DNA of 63,550 nt, counting the filler, from Salisapilia sapeloensis CBS 127946 (lineage: Eukaryota > Protista > Oomycota): NCBI GenBank assembly GCA_023334545.1. It is 10 parts of 10 records of this genome, joined end to end, with 100 filler letters (N's around TTAATTAATTAA, not from the genome) between each part and the next. Parts side by side here need not be neighbours in the genome. Positions count along the whole stretch, not along the records: positions 11,691 to 39,060 come from JAADVB010000236.1; 9 more parts are not named here. The stretch is one strand, 5' to 3'. The notes below the pieces were generated by a model. It was given only the letters and a program-made list of their open reading frames with translations. It was not told the origin of the DNA and did not search any database. Numbering within the stretch: the first letter of the stretch is position 1; the number at the start of each line of letters is the position of its first letter. A program made the translations under genes and the position numbers. Shown one piece after another: positions 25,701-37,649 of the stretch.

Positions 25701-26150
25701 ACGAAGAAATGTCCTCTGTGTGATCAAAAATGGGATGCAGCTTGTCCAGAACTATGCAATATCGAGAATTGCGGAGACGTCTCTTCGGAGAACGGATAGA
25801 GGTCGAGATATCTCCCATCCACGACAATGGGTTGTTCAGAAAGGAGAAATTGACAGAGGATCAGATAATAATCCAGTACCAGGGTCAAAATGTGGCCGTC
25901 GCATTGGCCGTGAGAGAAGGTGTACGAGGAAAAGGAGCTGGCAGTTGCTACATGTCCCGTTTGAACGATTCTACTGTTATTGATGCGACCGACTGTGGTA
26001 ACTTGGCGGAGTTTATCAAGCACAGATGTGACCCAAGAGCTTTTGCTCGCGTCGTAAACGTCGGCAGCGATGACAAGAAGATCATCATCATTGACAAACA
26101 AGCCGTATTGAGGCAGCGAACCATCTCTTGACAGGCGTCAAGTTCGATTG
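22800..26150 (+). pseudogene. Trithorax/MLL-like PHD plus SET histone methyltransferase pseudogene
   Basis: PHD fingers CLRC...LLFCVDYGEALHWFC...WRCPNCKLCENC...DCQSCFRGFHGSC. Degenerate SET domain SPIHDNGLF...IIQYQG...CYMSRLNDSTVIDATDCGNLAEFIKHRCDP (canonical NxARFINHSCxP) lacks the ELTYDY and post-SET motifs. Fragmented over many ORFs. Confidence 0.75.
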
Positions 26151-26199
26151 AATCCTCTCGTAATGACTAAAGAACGATCGTCAAAGAGGCCAAGAAACA

Positions 26200-29100
26200 A
26201 CATGCATTGATAGAACTTCTGTTCAAGGAACAGACCGCATTTACATCACGGTCGGCGGATAAAACGTCGTTGATCGATCGGAATGCCATTGGGCATCAGT
26301 TGGAACTAGTGCATTGCGTTCATGTGACATCGCCTGTTCTCGAGTTGTTCATTGCACAGGCGAATGAGCTCTGGATCATCCTGTCGCCGCCGACGGAGAG
26401 AGAGTTCTATCTTATTTTCTTCAACCAGAGCTGCATACGTGCTCAGTCGATAGAACTCCCATTTGCTGCTGAGTTGCGTGGCAAGACTCCGAGCGTTCCG
26501 TCTCCTGCATTTGAAGATGGAGTGTGTCGAAACACTTTCCAGCTCTTGTGTGAACAGGTCGAGTTGGAGGCATTGAGTCCAGTCCGGTACAAGTGTTTCC
26601 ATGCGTACTTTAGTCGATTAGATGCATCTCCTCTTGATGTTGCAGAAACGCGTTAAAGATTGTCGGGCTAGGCGAACTGTGATGAATCGCTTTCCGATTT
26701 TGCTTGATACCTCCCAGAACAACTCGGAGCTGGAGGTGTCTTGCAGTGAAAACAGAGACAAGTAAGAAACAGAGTAAGATGAAAAAGAATTCTTTCAGTT
26801 ATATTTACTTTGCGTAGTGTTTCGACGCGCTAGCTTGACACTGATGTTACACCTACGGAAGACGCACTCTGTCGTCCATGGGTGTGCAAAAGGCATAGTC
26901 AAACTGTGTGCGCGACTTGGTGGAATCCAGGACGCAAATTGAGCCTTGGTACTTTTATTCTTGTCTGCTATGGACAAATCGCCGCTACTGGACGGCTGAT
27001 TCTTGGTATCCACGCGAAAATTCCATCGTAAGTTCAGGAACAATGATCATCACAGTCGCATGCTTCTCTCTTGTTCGTCCAGTTGGTCAAACGCATCGTC
27101 TTCCGACTCCTATCCTGCTTCAATGTGATCGATGTAGTGATCTCTTCTGTCAACATGGAAAGACCACGCGTCTGTAGGTGTTCTGAAGACGGTAGCGTGC
27201 TCGGATGTTCCGGATCCCCACCGCGGGCCAGCAAGTGCTACAGATCCACTGCTAATCGCATCGGGATGTGATAGCGACTGCGTTTTTGCAGGTTTTGGAA
27301 TGGTACTCAGAGGGTGAAGGCATACTATTTTTGATTGAATACGAGAGACACTCCCGTGAAGTCAACATCTAGTTTGATCGCTGAAAGCGTGCGCATGTTC
27401 AGGTGGAGACGAACGTCCGTAGATCCTAGTAGACTCTGTTGCACGAAACTTTCGCCCGAATTTATTCCTAGTGCATCATTCGTGAAAAGGAACGTAATAG
27501 AAATGGTGCGCTAGACACTTTCGCCTTGAGTTGTGCAAAGAAGAATTCAATAGCACCTTGGCAAGCACACGGTTACCCATGTCAGCATACCTAGTCAAGA
27601 TGTGGACGCTGGAGAGCCTGAAGCAATCGTAACGTAGAATAAGAGCTTCAGACGACACACGATGCGGTGGCATTTTCAAGACAGCGTCATCCATTTGTAC
27701 GTCGAGAAGTGGGAACATGGACACGACGTCCGAGTCAAAGGTGGCTAAATCGCCGCCAGTCTTATCATTCGACCCTGTCTGGACCGAAATGACTGTCCAG
27801 TTACTAGTTGAGCTAGCTGAAAGTCACCTTCCCCCGACATGACCGTCTGGAGCAAGATACCATTGAAAAAGCAGTTGCGGATGTCGCCGACGAAAGGGTG
27901 TAAAACGCAGATGCGAGGGGACTTGAGACGCACCAAGAAGCGGTTCGGGTAGCCAGGATGCCACGCCTCTTGGATACTATCCGGACTGTAGAATTGCATG
28001 ACACACGAGAAGGTCGGGTCCCTTCCTACGTCTGCAGCCCCTGTTCAACAGTTGGGATATGACCAAACTTCTTATTGAAATTAGAGCTTTCATGAGTCTG
28101 GAGGCTCGTCGCATGTGACATGAGTTCTCGGTCGTGGCGATAAGTTAGCGATGTATCATTCAGTTTTATCAAGCTTAGCGACACGGAAACTTGTGAATAT
28201 AACCAGACCTTTTCTTCTGGGGGACTGACGATGGCAGACGACGCAACTTGCGCAACTTCCTTTTCGTCTCGGTGCAGCATACTGTGAGACCATTCACATG
28301 CAAGCGCAGCTGGAGTTTGTAGGTAAATATTCCCATACTTGTGCCTCCTGCGTCCAAGTTTCCTATTTTCCCTCTGCTTCGGTACTTTGTCTTGACCAGG
28401 ATGGAGGGTTTGCAACCGATCCATACGAACTACTTCCTACGCTCTCTAGAAGCCAAGACTTGAATCACACATCAAAGTGACGAGAAAGTGCCGCATGCAC
28501 TTAACGATCCCAAGACGAGGCAGAACGCAAGTCTTCCTCCGTCAGGTCTGGCAGTTCATTGGACTCTGGTCTCGTCCTCTTCTTTGGTGACGATTCTGTC
28601 TCTTTCGGAGGTTCCGGCTCCGTGGGGCGATTGCTACTGAAGAAAAAGACAATAATGTCAGTCGGTGTGTCCTGATAGATGTGGGTCGTAAGTGTGCGCA
28701 AGCTAGCTTGGAGCGAGAGTGGTGTCACCAACAGATCTAGCCAGGCTGAGTACTTGGCAGTAGCATCAGGTACGAGGGGTCTCGTACGAAATGTGCCTAC
28801 ACAGACCTTTGCCTTTGGCTAGTGGCGCATCTAAGGTCCCACTTGTTAGTGCCCAACGAAGCAAATGCTATGACGTGCTCTTCGGTACCTCCTTCCCAGC
28901 TTGTCTGGATCTAGTAATAAATGTCCTTTGAAGGACATCAGGCTTCCTGTTTTCTTTCCTCGAATAGGAGAGCACCGTGTCTTCCATGGCAAAGGCACCG
29001 AGTCCAAACTCAAGACGCCGGTCATACAATCGAACCTTGGCGCGTCTATTGATCTCCCCCAGCCTCACCTCGAAAACCTTGCTCGTGCCTGGTTCAGCCA

Positions 29101-31680
29101 TCTCTTTGATCTGCAATCTAAAAACGATCTTACCAACATGGAACCTCATGTGACAAAGCACACGTCTCCACCGTTTCATCAGATTTCCATCTTCTAGATC
29201 GTTTTCAGCATGAGACGCAGCGATGGTGGCAGCAGTACCGAAAGACTCGGTTGCTGCAAACGGATGCGTCGGTGAACAAGGTACGCCATTGCTTGAAGGC
29301 GTCTTGTCGTCCACTCCAGAGGTCTGCTCGGAAGACCCAGACTACGCATCTGCCGTGGATATGAAATCCACCCGCTTCTTCTTCCGTATGGCTGAAGCAA
29401 TGCCGTGTGATGCGTGAGGAGGCGAGACTAACACTTGGCTTGTGTTACGACGTGTGTCCTTACTACTCGCATGGTCGTTTTCATACACGTCCACTGTCTC
29501 TTCCGATTGGGCATTCTGCTCTTTAAAGTCGCTAACGTTGTATGCGAACGACTAGACAAGAGATAGGAGCGAGCGGAATCTCGAAGCGGACAGATTCAGC
29601 TGCACGCTCTCAACGTTACCCACAATCTTTACAAGTGGACTTGTTGGGTCACTCGGCGCCACATTAGGTGCGAACTTCATTTCAACCAAGTCCTCTCCAA
29701 TAGGTATTGCCAGTCTCCCGTCAATGCGTCTGCGTCCTGTTGAGCACTGTCTAGCACACGTACTTGTACACCGGAGATAAAGAAACCAATGACCTCGTAT
29801 AGATGCTCTTCCGTCGGACTCGACACCATAAACTCTTGCGCGCTAGTGCCCAAGCCTCCTTGTCCGCTACTGAGCGTATGCGGCGTCATACTCGACTGTC
29901 TCACCTTGGTCGGACGCAACGTCGATGCTCTTAGATGACCTAAGAACAAGAGAATGCCGACTCTTCTCGAGCTCTCTTTCTCTTTATCCACCCAAGCACG
30001 CACGATAGAGATCCATGGATACACTACATCCAGCTGCATTTCCAGTTTTGTGCGTCTCGCCAAGGCTTTCTTGAGCTAATGTGTGCTGTACCGCTGCAGC
30101 CGTTGCGCATTGCGCCACACCGTGTTTTCAAGTCGAGACAAGTCCACATTGGCAGGCCGCTGGAAGAACGACATGAGGTTGAGCAGGAAGACGGGGTTGG
30201 TGTTGCACTTGATGGCTTGCGCCACCAGCCACAAGCGGATGACTCGAGAATATTGCACATTGGCGTTCGACCCGGCTTCCTCTCCTTCTGCGGCGGTGCT
30301 ACCACTAGTGTCATCTGAATCGTGTTCTTTATGGTATAAGGCAAGGCTTCGATCTAATACCGGCAGCTCCTTCCCGCAGTGGCGTAGTCGGACACTACTC
30401 ATCTGTTGCTGGACGTCGTCTGGATGGCTCTTCAAAATCTCGCTCATGTCCATGCGCTCGAGAAAAAGTCTCGCGTGGAAAACACTGACTGCTGCTTCAC
30501 TCGCCTCACGATATCCGCCAAATCCGATGCGTTCTGGCAAAAGTATGCGTCGTGGAGCTGCAGACCAACTTCTAGTGGTGAAGGACGAACAAGGAATTGG
30601 ATGTTCATACCGTCAAATTCAGCCACTAGCAAGTCGCATGGTTTGCCCATGCTGCTGTGTTGATTCCATCCGAGCTGCAGCGGCGCTTGCTTCAGTGTCG
30701 ACTGAACACGGTAGAGCACACGTTGCTGCCCTACTAGGACTATTTACGCTTCTGTACTTGCTGCATGTTCGAGGCTTTTTCAGAGTCGCTCTCAGTCTGC
30801 TCATTCGATGCGTCTTCTTTGCCAATGGTTACTTCTTCTAGATAGACCTCCATGGCTTCATACAGCTTCTTTGTGTCCTGCTTACTACACCTCTCTTCCT
30901 CCTGAGTAGGCGTGCTCTCCCTACCTTGCCAAGGAAGAGATGGCGCCGTGCCTCCAAGCCACGACCACCACGTTGCATTAGTCTGCGGAGTCTGCTCTGA
31001 AGTCTTTGTGGACTGAGTTCAGCAGCCCTTTGTTTGTCATGTCTTTGTGCAAAGGCACGACGAAAGACTAGAAGCTTGGGTGTCTCCAGTTCATACTCGA
31101 ATCGTCAAACGCTGTGGAAGCTTCCTCACGACCGATCTCTTCACACCGTCCGAAGTGAGCGTGGTTGCGTAACTAGAGCTATGCCACCGAACGAAGTACA
31201 GTTCCATATACTTTTCTTCTGACGTCGCTGACGGTCCTTCACTCGCCAGTCTTCTCGACGAATACGTTCCGGATTCACCAATGCCTTTTGGACAGACAAG
31301 ACGTTATGAGGAACTTGGAGACTGTGCTATGCATATAGGCAGCAGACAGCATCCATTGGATTGAGGTAATATCGGCGGAGGTAATCGAAAGCAAGCTCCA
31401 ACTATTCGTCGACCTCATTACCTAGTGCTGTGTACGACCGAAATATTCGACGAGACTGTTACATAAGAAATGAACGACGTCATGGTCAAAATGGAGTGAA
31501 TTTGTGGGTGGAAAGAGGATGTAAAGCACCTTGAGCACGGTCGGGGGAGCACTTGGTCTTGGGAACGTACAGCTGGGTCCGAGTATCTTTTTGGTGGCGT
31601 CTCTGAAAGTTTCTGGTTGACCTGGACTCGGATTCGTCGGAGCGGAGGTGGTTATTGGTGGCAGGACTGCTTGATATCAC
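26200..31680 (-). pseudogene. VPS13-like (chorein) lipid-transfer protein pseudogene fragment
   Basis: Successive short minus-strand ORFs in changing frames with VPS13-like segments, e.g. LSRLENTVWRNAQRLQRYSTH*LKKALARRTKLEMQLDVVYPWISI (similar to the VPS13 LExAL..K.LDLDLDxxAPxIxIP motif), and beta-rich pieces at 28868-29314 and 30444-30719. Boundaries approximate. Confidence 0.55.
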
Positions 31681-31892
31681 TTTCCGGCTAAGCTGGATTC
31701 AACTCCAAAGACCTCGAGTCTTGTTCTTTTGAAGGCGCATGTACATATGAACCTTGGAGATCTTTCCAGCTAACCATGCGTCTTGCTGCAAAGGCAATGT
31801 CTGACGGGAATCCTTGGAAAAGACCATCGCTCTTGCTGTGAAAGCAATTGATGAAAAGAAAAGGTGGTCGGATTCTGGAGATAAAGTCATGT

Positions 31893-32021
31893 TCCTTCAA
31901 CATGTAGCACATGCAGACTTGTCGTGATAGTTCGGTCCTTCAACATGTAGTACATGCAGACTTGTCGTGATAGTTCGGTCCTTCAACATGTAACACATAC
32001 AGACTTGTCGTGATAATTCGG
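31893..32021 (+). repeat. Three 43-bp tandem repeats
   Basis: TCCTTCAACATGTAGCACATGCAGACTTGTCGTGATAGTTCGG starting at 31893, 31936 and 31979, with few substitutions. Confidence 0.95.
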
Positions 32022-32065
32022 CGAAAAGTGTCGCACGAAATTACGGCTCAGATTTGTTTCGAAGG

Positions 32066-33138
32066 ATGTGGAGTCTTACGCCATGGAGGACCAAATTAGC
32101 CCAAGAGAAGGTCCGCAAACTAAGCCGGAAACTCCGTGAAGCAAACCAAGAGAATGATTTCTTGCGCTCTGTACAAGAAGAATGTGTAGATCTCCGCAAT
32201 CAGATAGGCCACTTAAATGCGGAGCTGGAGGAAACACGGAGGGAGCGAAACGAGCTTCGCGAGCAGAACAACACCTTAAGAAGTCGACTAGATGCTGGAT
32301 CTCATGCTGCGCATCATCCTGACACTAGTATCTCACTTGATACTAGTACCAAAATCGGCATACTAACTCGAGTAATCTAGGAAATCGTCCACTAGAATTC
32401 GCGTCGAACAGGACACCATCTCCGAGTCGAGATCGACGCTCTCTAGTAGCTGAGAATGATCCAATAATAGCCACCAGATCTATTGAAAATGAAGATGACA
32501 ACGACCGTCATTCGGATCCAGCCGAACAGACCAGTCCACCTCATACTTATCCTGACAGCGAACATGCTAATCCAAACCGATCGGAAGATGTGATTCAGGA
32601 TGGGGAAGTCGCTGACGCCATCTCCGGTCAATCACCGAGTCGGGTTCGTCGTACATATTCATCAATTTTCGAGTCGCGTAGGAACCGTCGTTTGCGTGAC
32701 CAGGTGCTACCATTTTCAATCATTCATCATGCATGCCCATTTCAATTTATGAGCTCACGACCTCTTTGATTCAGCAAGAAAATCTTATCGACCTTACGGA
32801 CAACTCGACGGGAGCATCTCGGGGCGAACGACGATTTCCGTGGAGATCACGATCGGCTGAAATCATTGCAAGTCTTCCGACTTGCCGGTGGAACGCTCAG
32901 AACGAACACGGTTATTGCGTCATTTGCCAAGATACGTACAAAGCAGAAGAGCTTGTACTGACCTTGCCTTGTTTTCACCGTTTTCACCAAGGTAATTGCA
33001 TACAGACTGCTGAGAGAAACAGCATACCGGACAGATGCAGTACTTGTAACACTTTTATGATGTTTAGGCTGCGTGAAGAGGTGGATCACCGACAAGAATT
33101 CTTGTCCAGTCTGTAAGGCCCCAATAACCTCTGGTTAA
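32066..33138 (+). CDS. Coiled-coil plus RING-H2 E3 ubiquitin ligase, ~290 aa, 4 exons
   Basis: Exons 32066-32327, 32381-32703, 32775-32991 and 33068-33138 splice in frame; the first intron has a CTAAC branch site. Complete RING-H2 CVICQD...LPCFHRFHQGCVKRWITDKNSCPVC. Start codon uncertain. Confidence 0.78.
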
Positions 33139-33158
33139 AATATGCGCGGGAAATCGTA

Positions 33159-36100
33159 TCACCCTGTCCATGGTCCCTCTAACAAGGATTTTATTGCTTT
33201 ATGTAAATATGAGACCACATCTTGGCTCGTTCGTACGTCTACAAAGAGTCGCTTGAACCTTGCAATAGCGTCTTCGAGCTCCTGTTTCTCCTTTCGAAGA
33301 CTTTGGAGCTTGGTGGCATCTGCTTCACGGACCTTTTCAGGGACCTTTGTCACGTAATTTTCCTTGGCACCTTTCGTTTCCAAGCTTGATATAGATGGTG
33401 TGAGTTTCTCGAGTTTCTTCTCCAACTTGGTGGTTCCATTGGCAAAGTCAACAACACCCACAAGGAACACCTGCACCTGCACATTTTCATTCACACTGTG
33501 CATGGCACACCCTTTTGGTGGCTCTTCACTAGGGATGCACTTGGAGTTTTCAGCTTTTGCCAATGTCTCAAAGTCATCGAGCTGAGCTTGTACCACGTCT
33601 TTAACACGTCCGTCCGAGCACTTGATGAAGCATTGTGGACGAACTTTGTTCACAAGACCATACTCACCACGCACGGATCTAGCTGCATGAATGACCTCTT
33701 TGACGAGTTCCATATTCTCCTCCGACGTTTCATTAGTTCATCCATCGATGGACTGTGGATAAGACGCAATGGCGATACTAGCCGTAGGACGAAATCCTGC
33801 AAGACGCTGCCATAATTCTTCCGTCACATATGGCATGAGTGGAGGAAGTAGGCGTCATCCCATCTCGAGACATACGTGCAGCGTCTGTTGAGCTGTCCTC
33901 TGTGCTTCAACGTCATCCCCTCATGACAGGTTTCGTCAATGCCAAATAGACATCGCACGAATCATACAACCAGAAGCTATGCAATGTCGAACCTAGCTCA
34001 CCGAAGTCCTAGTTGCCAAATACCTCGTTACAGGATTTAATCGTGTGATTCAGACGACTGAGAATATGTCGATCACGTGGGCTCACGACCTTGCTCTTGA
34101 GAATAGTCTCTCGGGCCACATTGCTCACATCAAAACTGCCGTCTTCAAGGTCCGTCAGTGCGAATCGAACTGCATTCCAAAGCTTGTTGCAGAGCATTCG
34201 GTAGTCAACGAGACGATTGATATCGAGCTTGATGTCTCGCGCTTGCTGCGTGTACGAGAGCAGACCGAAACGCAAGGCGTCAGCACCACATTCTGGAATA
34301 CCATTCGGAAACTCGATCTTTTGACCTTTTTTTGGCTTTTTCAATCTCTTTGGCAGGCAAGTTACCAGTCTCGAGTTTCTTAAAGAGACTGTCGAATGTG
34401 CACCCAGAGATGATTTCGAGCGGGTTGACAACGTTGCCCAGACTCTTGGACATCTTTCGACCATACTTGTCGCGCACCATCGAGTGCACGTAGACCGTGT
34501 GGAATGGGAATTTACTCGTAAGCTTTTGCCCCATGAAGACCATACGAGCCATTCAGAAGACGATGTCGGGTCCAGTTTCCATCATCCGTCAGTAAAGGTT
34601 CAGTTCAGGTGACTCATTCGGCCATCCGAACACAGCGAATGGGAATAGACTCGCACTCACCCACACGTCAAGCACATCTCCATCCTGTTCCAATTCGATC
34701 AGTTCTTGACTGACACCTAGCTTCTTGGCTGCCTTCATACGAGCATCTTCATCCGACAATCCAGCCACCCAACGTTCACCAGCGTTGTCGGCGTTCTTGT
34801 CCACATACCCTTCACCATTGATCGTAGCAAAGTAAGCAGGGATACGATGACCCCACCAGAGCTGACGAGAGATACACCAGTCTCGAATGCTTTCGAGCCA
34901 TCGGTTTCAGGTCTTTTCATGCATCCCAGGCACAATGTTCAAACCATTCTTGACCGCCGCTTCCATCGCATCCTTCGCCATTTGAGTGCAGTCAACGAAC
35001 CACTGTGGCTTCTCGATCGAACCATGTTATCGAGCCGCTCGTCAACATAAGCCGAGACGCATCTTGTTGTCTTCTTTCCCGTGGAACAAGCCCTTCTCTC
35101 CCTAAGTTTTCTCCACGGCAACACGTGCGTCGAACGCATCATTCCCTTGAACCGACCAGCGTTGTCGTTCATGGCACCTTGATCCGTCAAGACATTGATG
35201 AATCCGAGGTTGTGGCGTTTGCCACATTCGTAAATGTTCGAGTCATGAGTAGGTGTGATCTTCACGGCACCTGTATCACATGGTCTCGAGACGAGTGGTG
35301 ATGACGATCAATCGCTGATCTGAATCCTCGACTTTGTAACCAAAAGACATGAGGACACCAAACCCGTACTTCTTGTCCGGTGAATGCCCGGGCATGTAGA
35401 ACAACGTTCGTTTCTCGACATCAACGTGGTCCACCTCGATCTCAGACAAGGCAGTCTTGAGCTGACAACTCCAATTGGTCATATTCGTGGCTCGGTAGAT
35501 GAGTCCGTCTTCCCAGAGCTTGGTGAAAGCATGTTTCAAGACACAGCTGCAGTTGTCGTCCATACTAAAGTAAGCACGTGTCCAGTCGACACTACAGCCG
35601 AGACTTCGGAATTGATGGTGAATGCGAGCTTTGTGCTCGTCCTTCCACGCCATCGTGCGTTCCAAAACATTTCTCCGCCAAACTCATGTCGAGTCAATTT
35701 CTCTTCCTTGTATAAACGCTGTTCGACCACGGATTGAGTGGCAATACTAGCGTGGTCTGTGCCACGCACCCAAAGGTTTGCACGATCTTTCATGCGATGC
35801 CATCTCGTGAGGGCATCCCGAATCGAAACTGTCAGTGCACGTCCAAGATGAAGCAATCCAGTGACATCCGACGAAATGATGAAGCGATCATCTGGCTCGG
35901 CTTGCAGGATCTGCTCTAGTGCTGGCGTAAAGAATCCCTGCGTTTCCCATCAATCTTGCCACTTTGCCTCGACCGTTTCTGGATCGCGCGCAGCTGCAAT
36001 AGGAGCAGACTGAAAAATCATCCTTTTGGAGTGGTGTTGACGAACTTTGATTTGGCTTCTTTCGAAGCCTTCTTCGCTTTCTCATTCTTGGGCGCCATCG

Positions 36101-36212
36101 TCTCACCCTTGTCGGTTTCTTGCGGTGGGTCCTCCGATGACCTTGCTTGCGCTTCCAATGGCACGTTCGTCGCTCGCTTCTTGTCCATTTTAGAGAATGT
36201 TGCTAAACTCAT
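33159..36212 (-). pseudogene. valS: Cytosolic valyl-tRNA synthetase pseudogene
   Basis: ValRS motifs in order but split by stops, frameshifts and deletions: LHLGRAL (HIGH region), [63 protein letters not shown], and the C-terminal coiled coil. Confidence 0.93.
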
Positions 36213-36299
36213 AGGGTGTGTGTTTACATGTCCTTCTCTGATCCCTCCTCCGGCTCATCCTTCACTTCTCAACCTTGTCCATCTATCGTCTTGGTCTTC

Positions 36300-37550
36300 T
36301 TTTTCGCAGGTCCAGTGATCGTCTTCTCTTTCCGATTATACGGCCGTCACTTTCGTGGTAACTATAACCGTGCGACAGTTGCTGCATCGGCAGCAGTCTC
36401 TATCACCATCTCTACCACAACAGCAAATGCTGCCTCTTCAGCATCCTCAAGCGTCAGTGCTCGTCCTGTGCATAGGTCGATAGTGGTGTCACCATCTTCC
36501 TGACATAATTCTCGACAACATCGACTAGTGGCAGGCAAGCGGGAACTCCAAGTATTCATTCAGTAGTACCTTGAGTCGAGTCAATCTCTGCGCCTTGTTG
36601 AGCGTCTTGAACATGCATTTATGGAATTGGCGATCCACGAGTTCATTCGATTTACAGCGCTACGCAGTGGAGCTATTGTCTTCACGTCCAGTAAGTTGTA
36701 CGACGCGGCGTAGGTGATGGCATCTGCGAGGGTGCGACGTGATGGTCGTTCCTGTAACATCCCAATGACACAACATACCCAACCTGTAAGTCGTAATAGC
36801 TTGACGTACGTCCGGACTTGAGGAAATCCTTGTTTAATGGGGAAGTTACCGCTGTTGGTGTCTGCGATCGCGGCGGCATATTCCTTCGGCATGAAGGAGT
36901 CAGGAGCCATGTTCATACGACGTAAGACGGATGTATCGTTCAGTAACACCGCAGCGCCATGCACCCACTTGCGAACCAACGGAAGTCGTTCGTCACGGAA
37001 TTCACGCTTACGCTTGAGACCATGCAGAGTTGTATGCGCTTGCTGAAGTCAGTCTCGTGACAGTCGAAGTGAATCGTGGATGTCGCGAATCTGAGTCTTC
37101 GCATCAGCATACTCGTTGCGAAGTTTAGCTAGATGCTCAAGTGCATCTTCGGTTGGCGCAGATGGCAACACGTTTTCTGTCTGCTTGGATGAGTTTGGGA
37201 CAGGAGAAGTTGATTCGACTGGCGGCTGACTTTCGTTACCCCAAGTTGTTCAATCGAGCTCATGAGGTGACTGAGTTGCCTTTTCCCTATTTGCATCAAC
37301 TCTTCGTGACGCTCAATCGCTTTCTCTCGCGTTTGGCTTTTTGGGCGTGGCTCCGATTTTGCTTGGCTGCTTGTTCCGGATGGTGCCTTGCTTTTACTTT
37401 CATGTTCGCTTTTGAACATTGCGCTACTCTCAGCTGACTGTTGGCTTTCTTGTTCGTTTTGATTTCTCTGCCAAGGCTCTGCTTCCTGCACTGTCGCGAG
37501 TAACTCTTCTTTTGGCGTATGGTACGTGAAGGGAATGCCAAGGTCTTTAG
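36300..37550 (-). pseudogene. Fragmented unknown gene (coiled-coil, possible degenerate zinc finger)
   Basis: Coding-like segments in shifting frames with in-frame stops (e.g. LAKLRNEYADAKTQIRDIHDSLRLSRD*LQQAHTTLHGLKRKREFRDERLPLVRKWV). Family not recognised. Confidence 0.4.
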
Positions 37551-37649
37551 CTTACCGGCGCAGTTCTCCCACTTTGCGAGGATGTGTCAATTTGCATGAT
37601 TATAAAAACTAGTAGCCACTGTACCAGGTGCCTTCCAAAGCAAGCGACA

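Noticed and set aside
31893-32021. 43-bp repeats as a CRISPR array
   Set aside because: The units are directly adjacent with no unique spacers, there are no cas genes, and the context is eukaryotic.
21560-37550. RIP-like hypermutation or an alternative genetic code explaining the in-frame stops
   Set aside because: Several stops fit C-to-T or G-to-A changes, but that is the commonest route to stops anyway and no context bias could be counted by eye. Frameshifts and deletions co-occur, and intact genes use standard stops.
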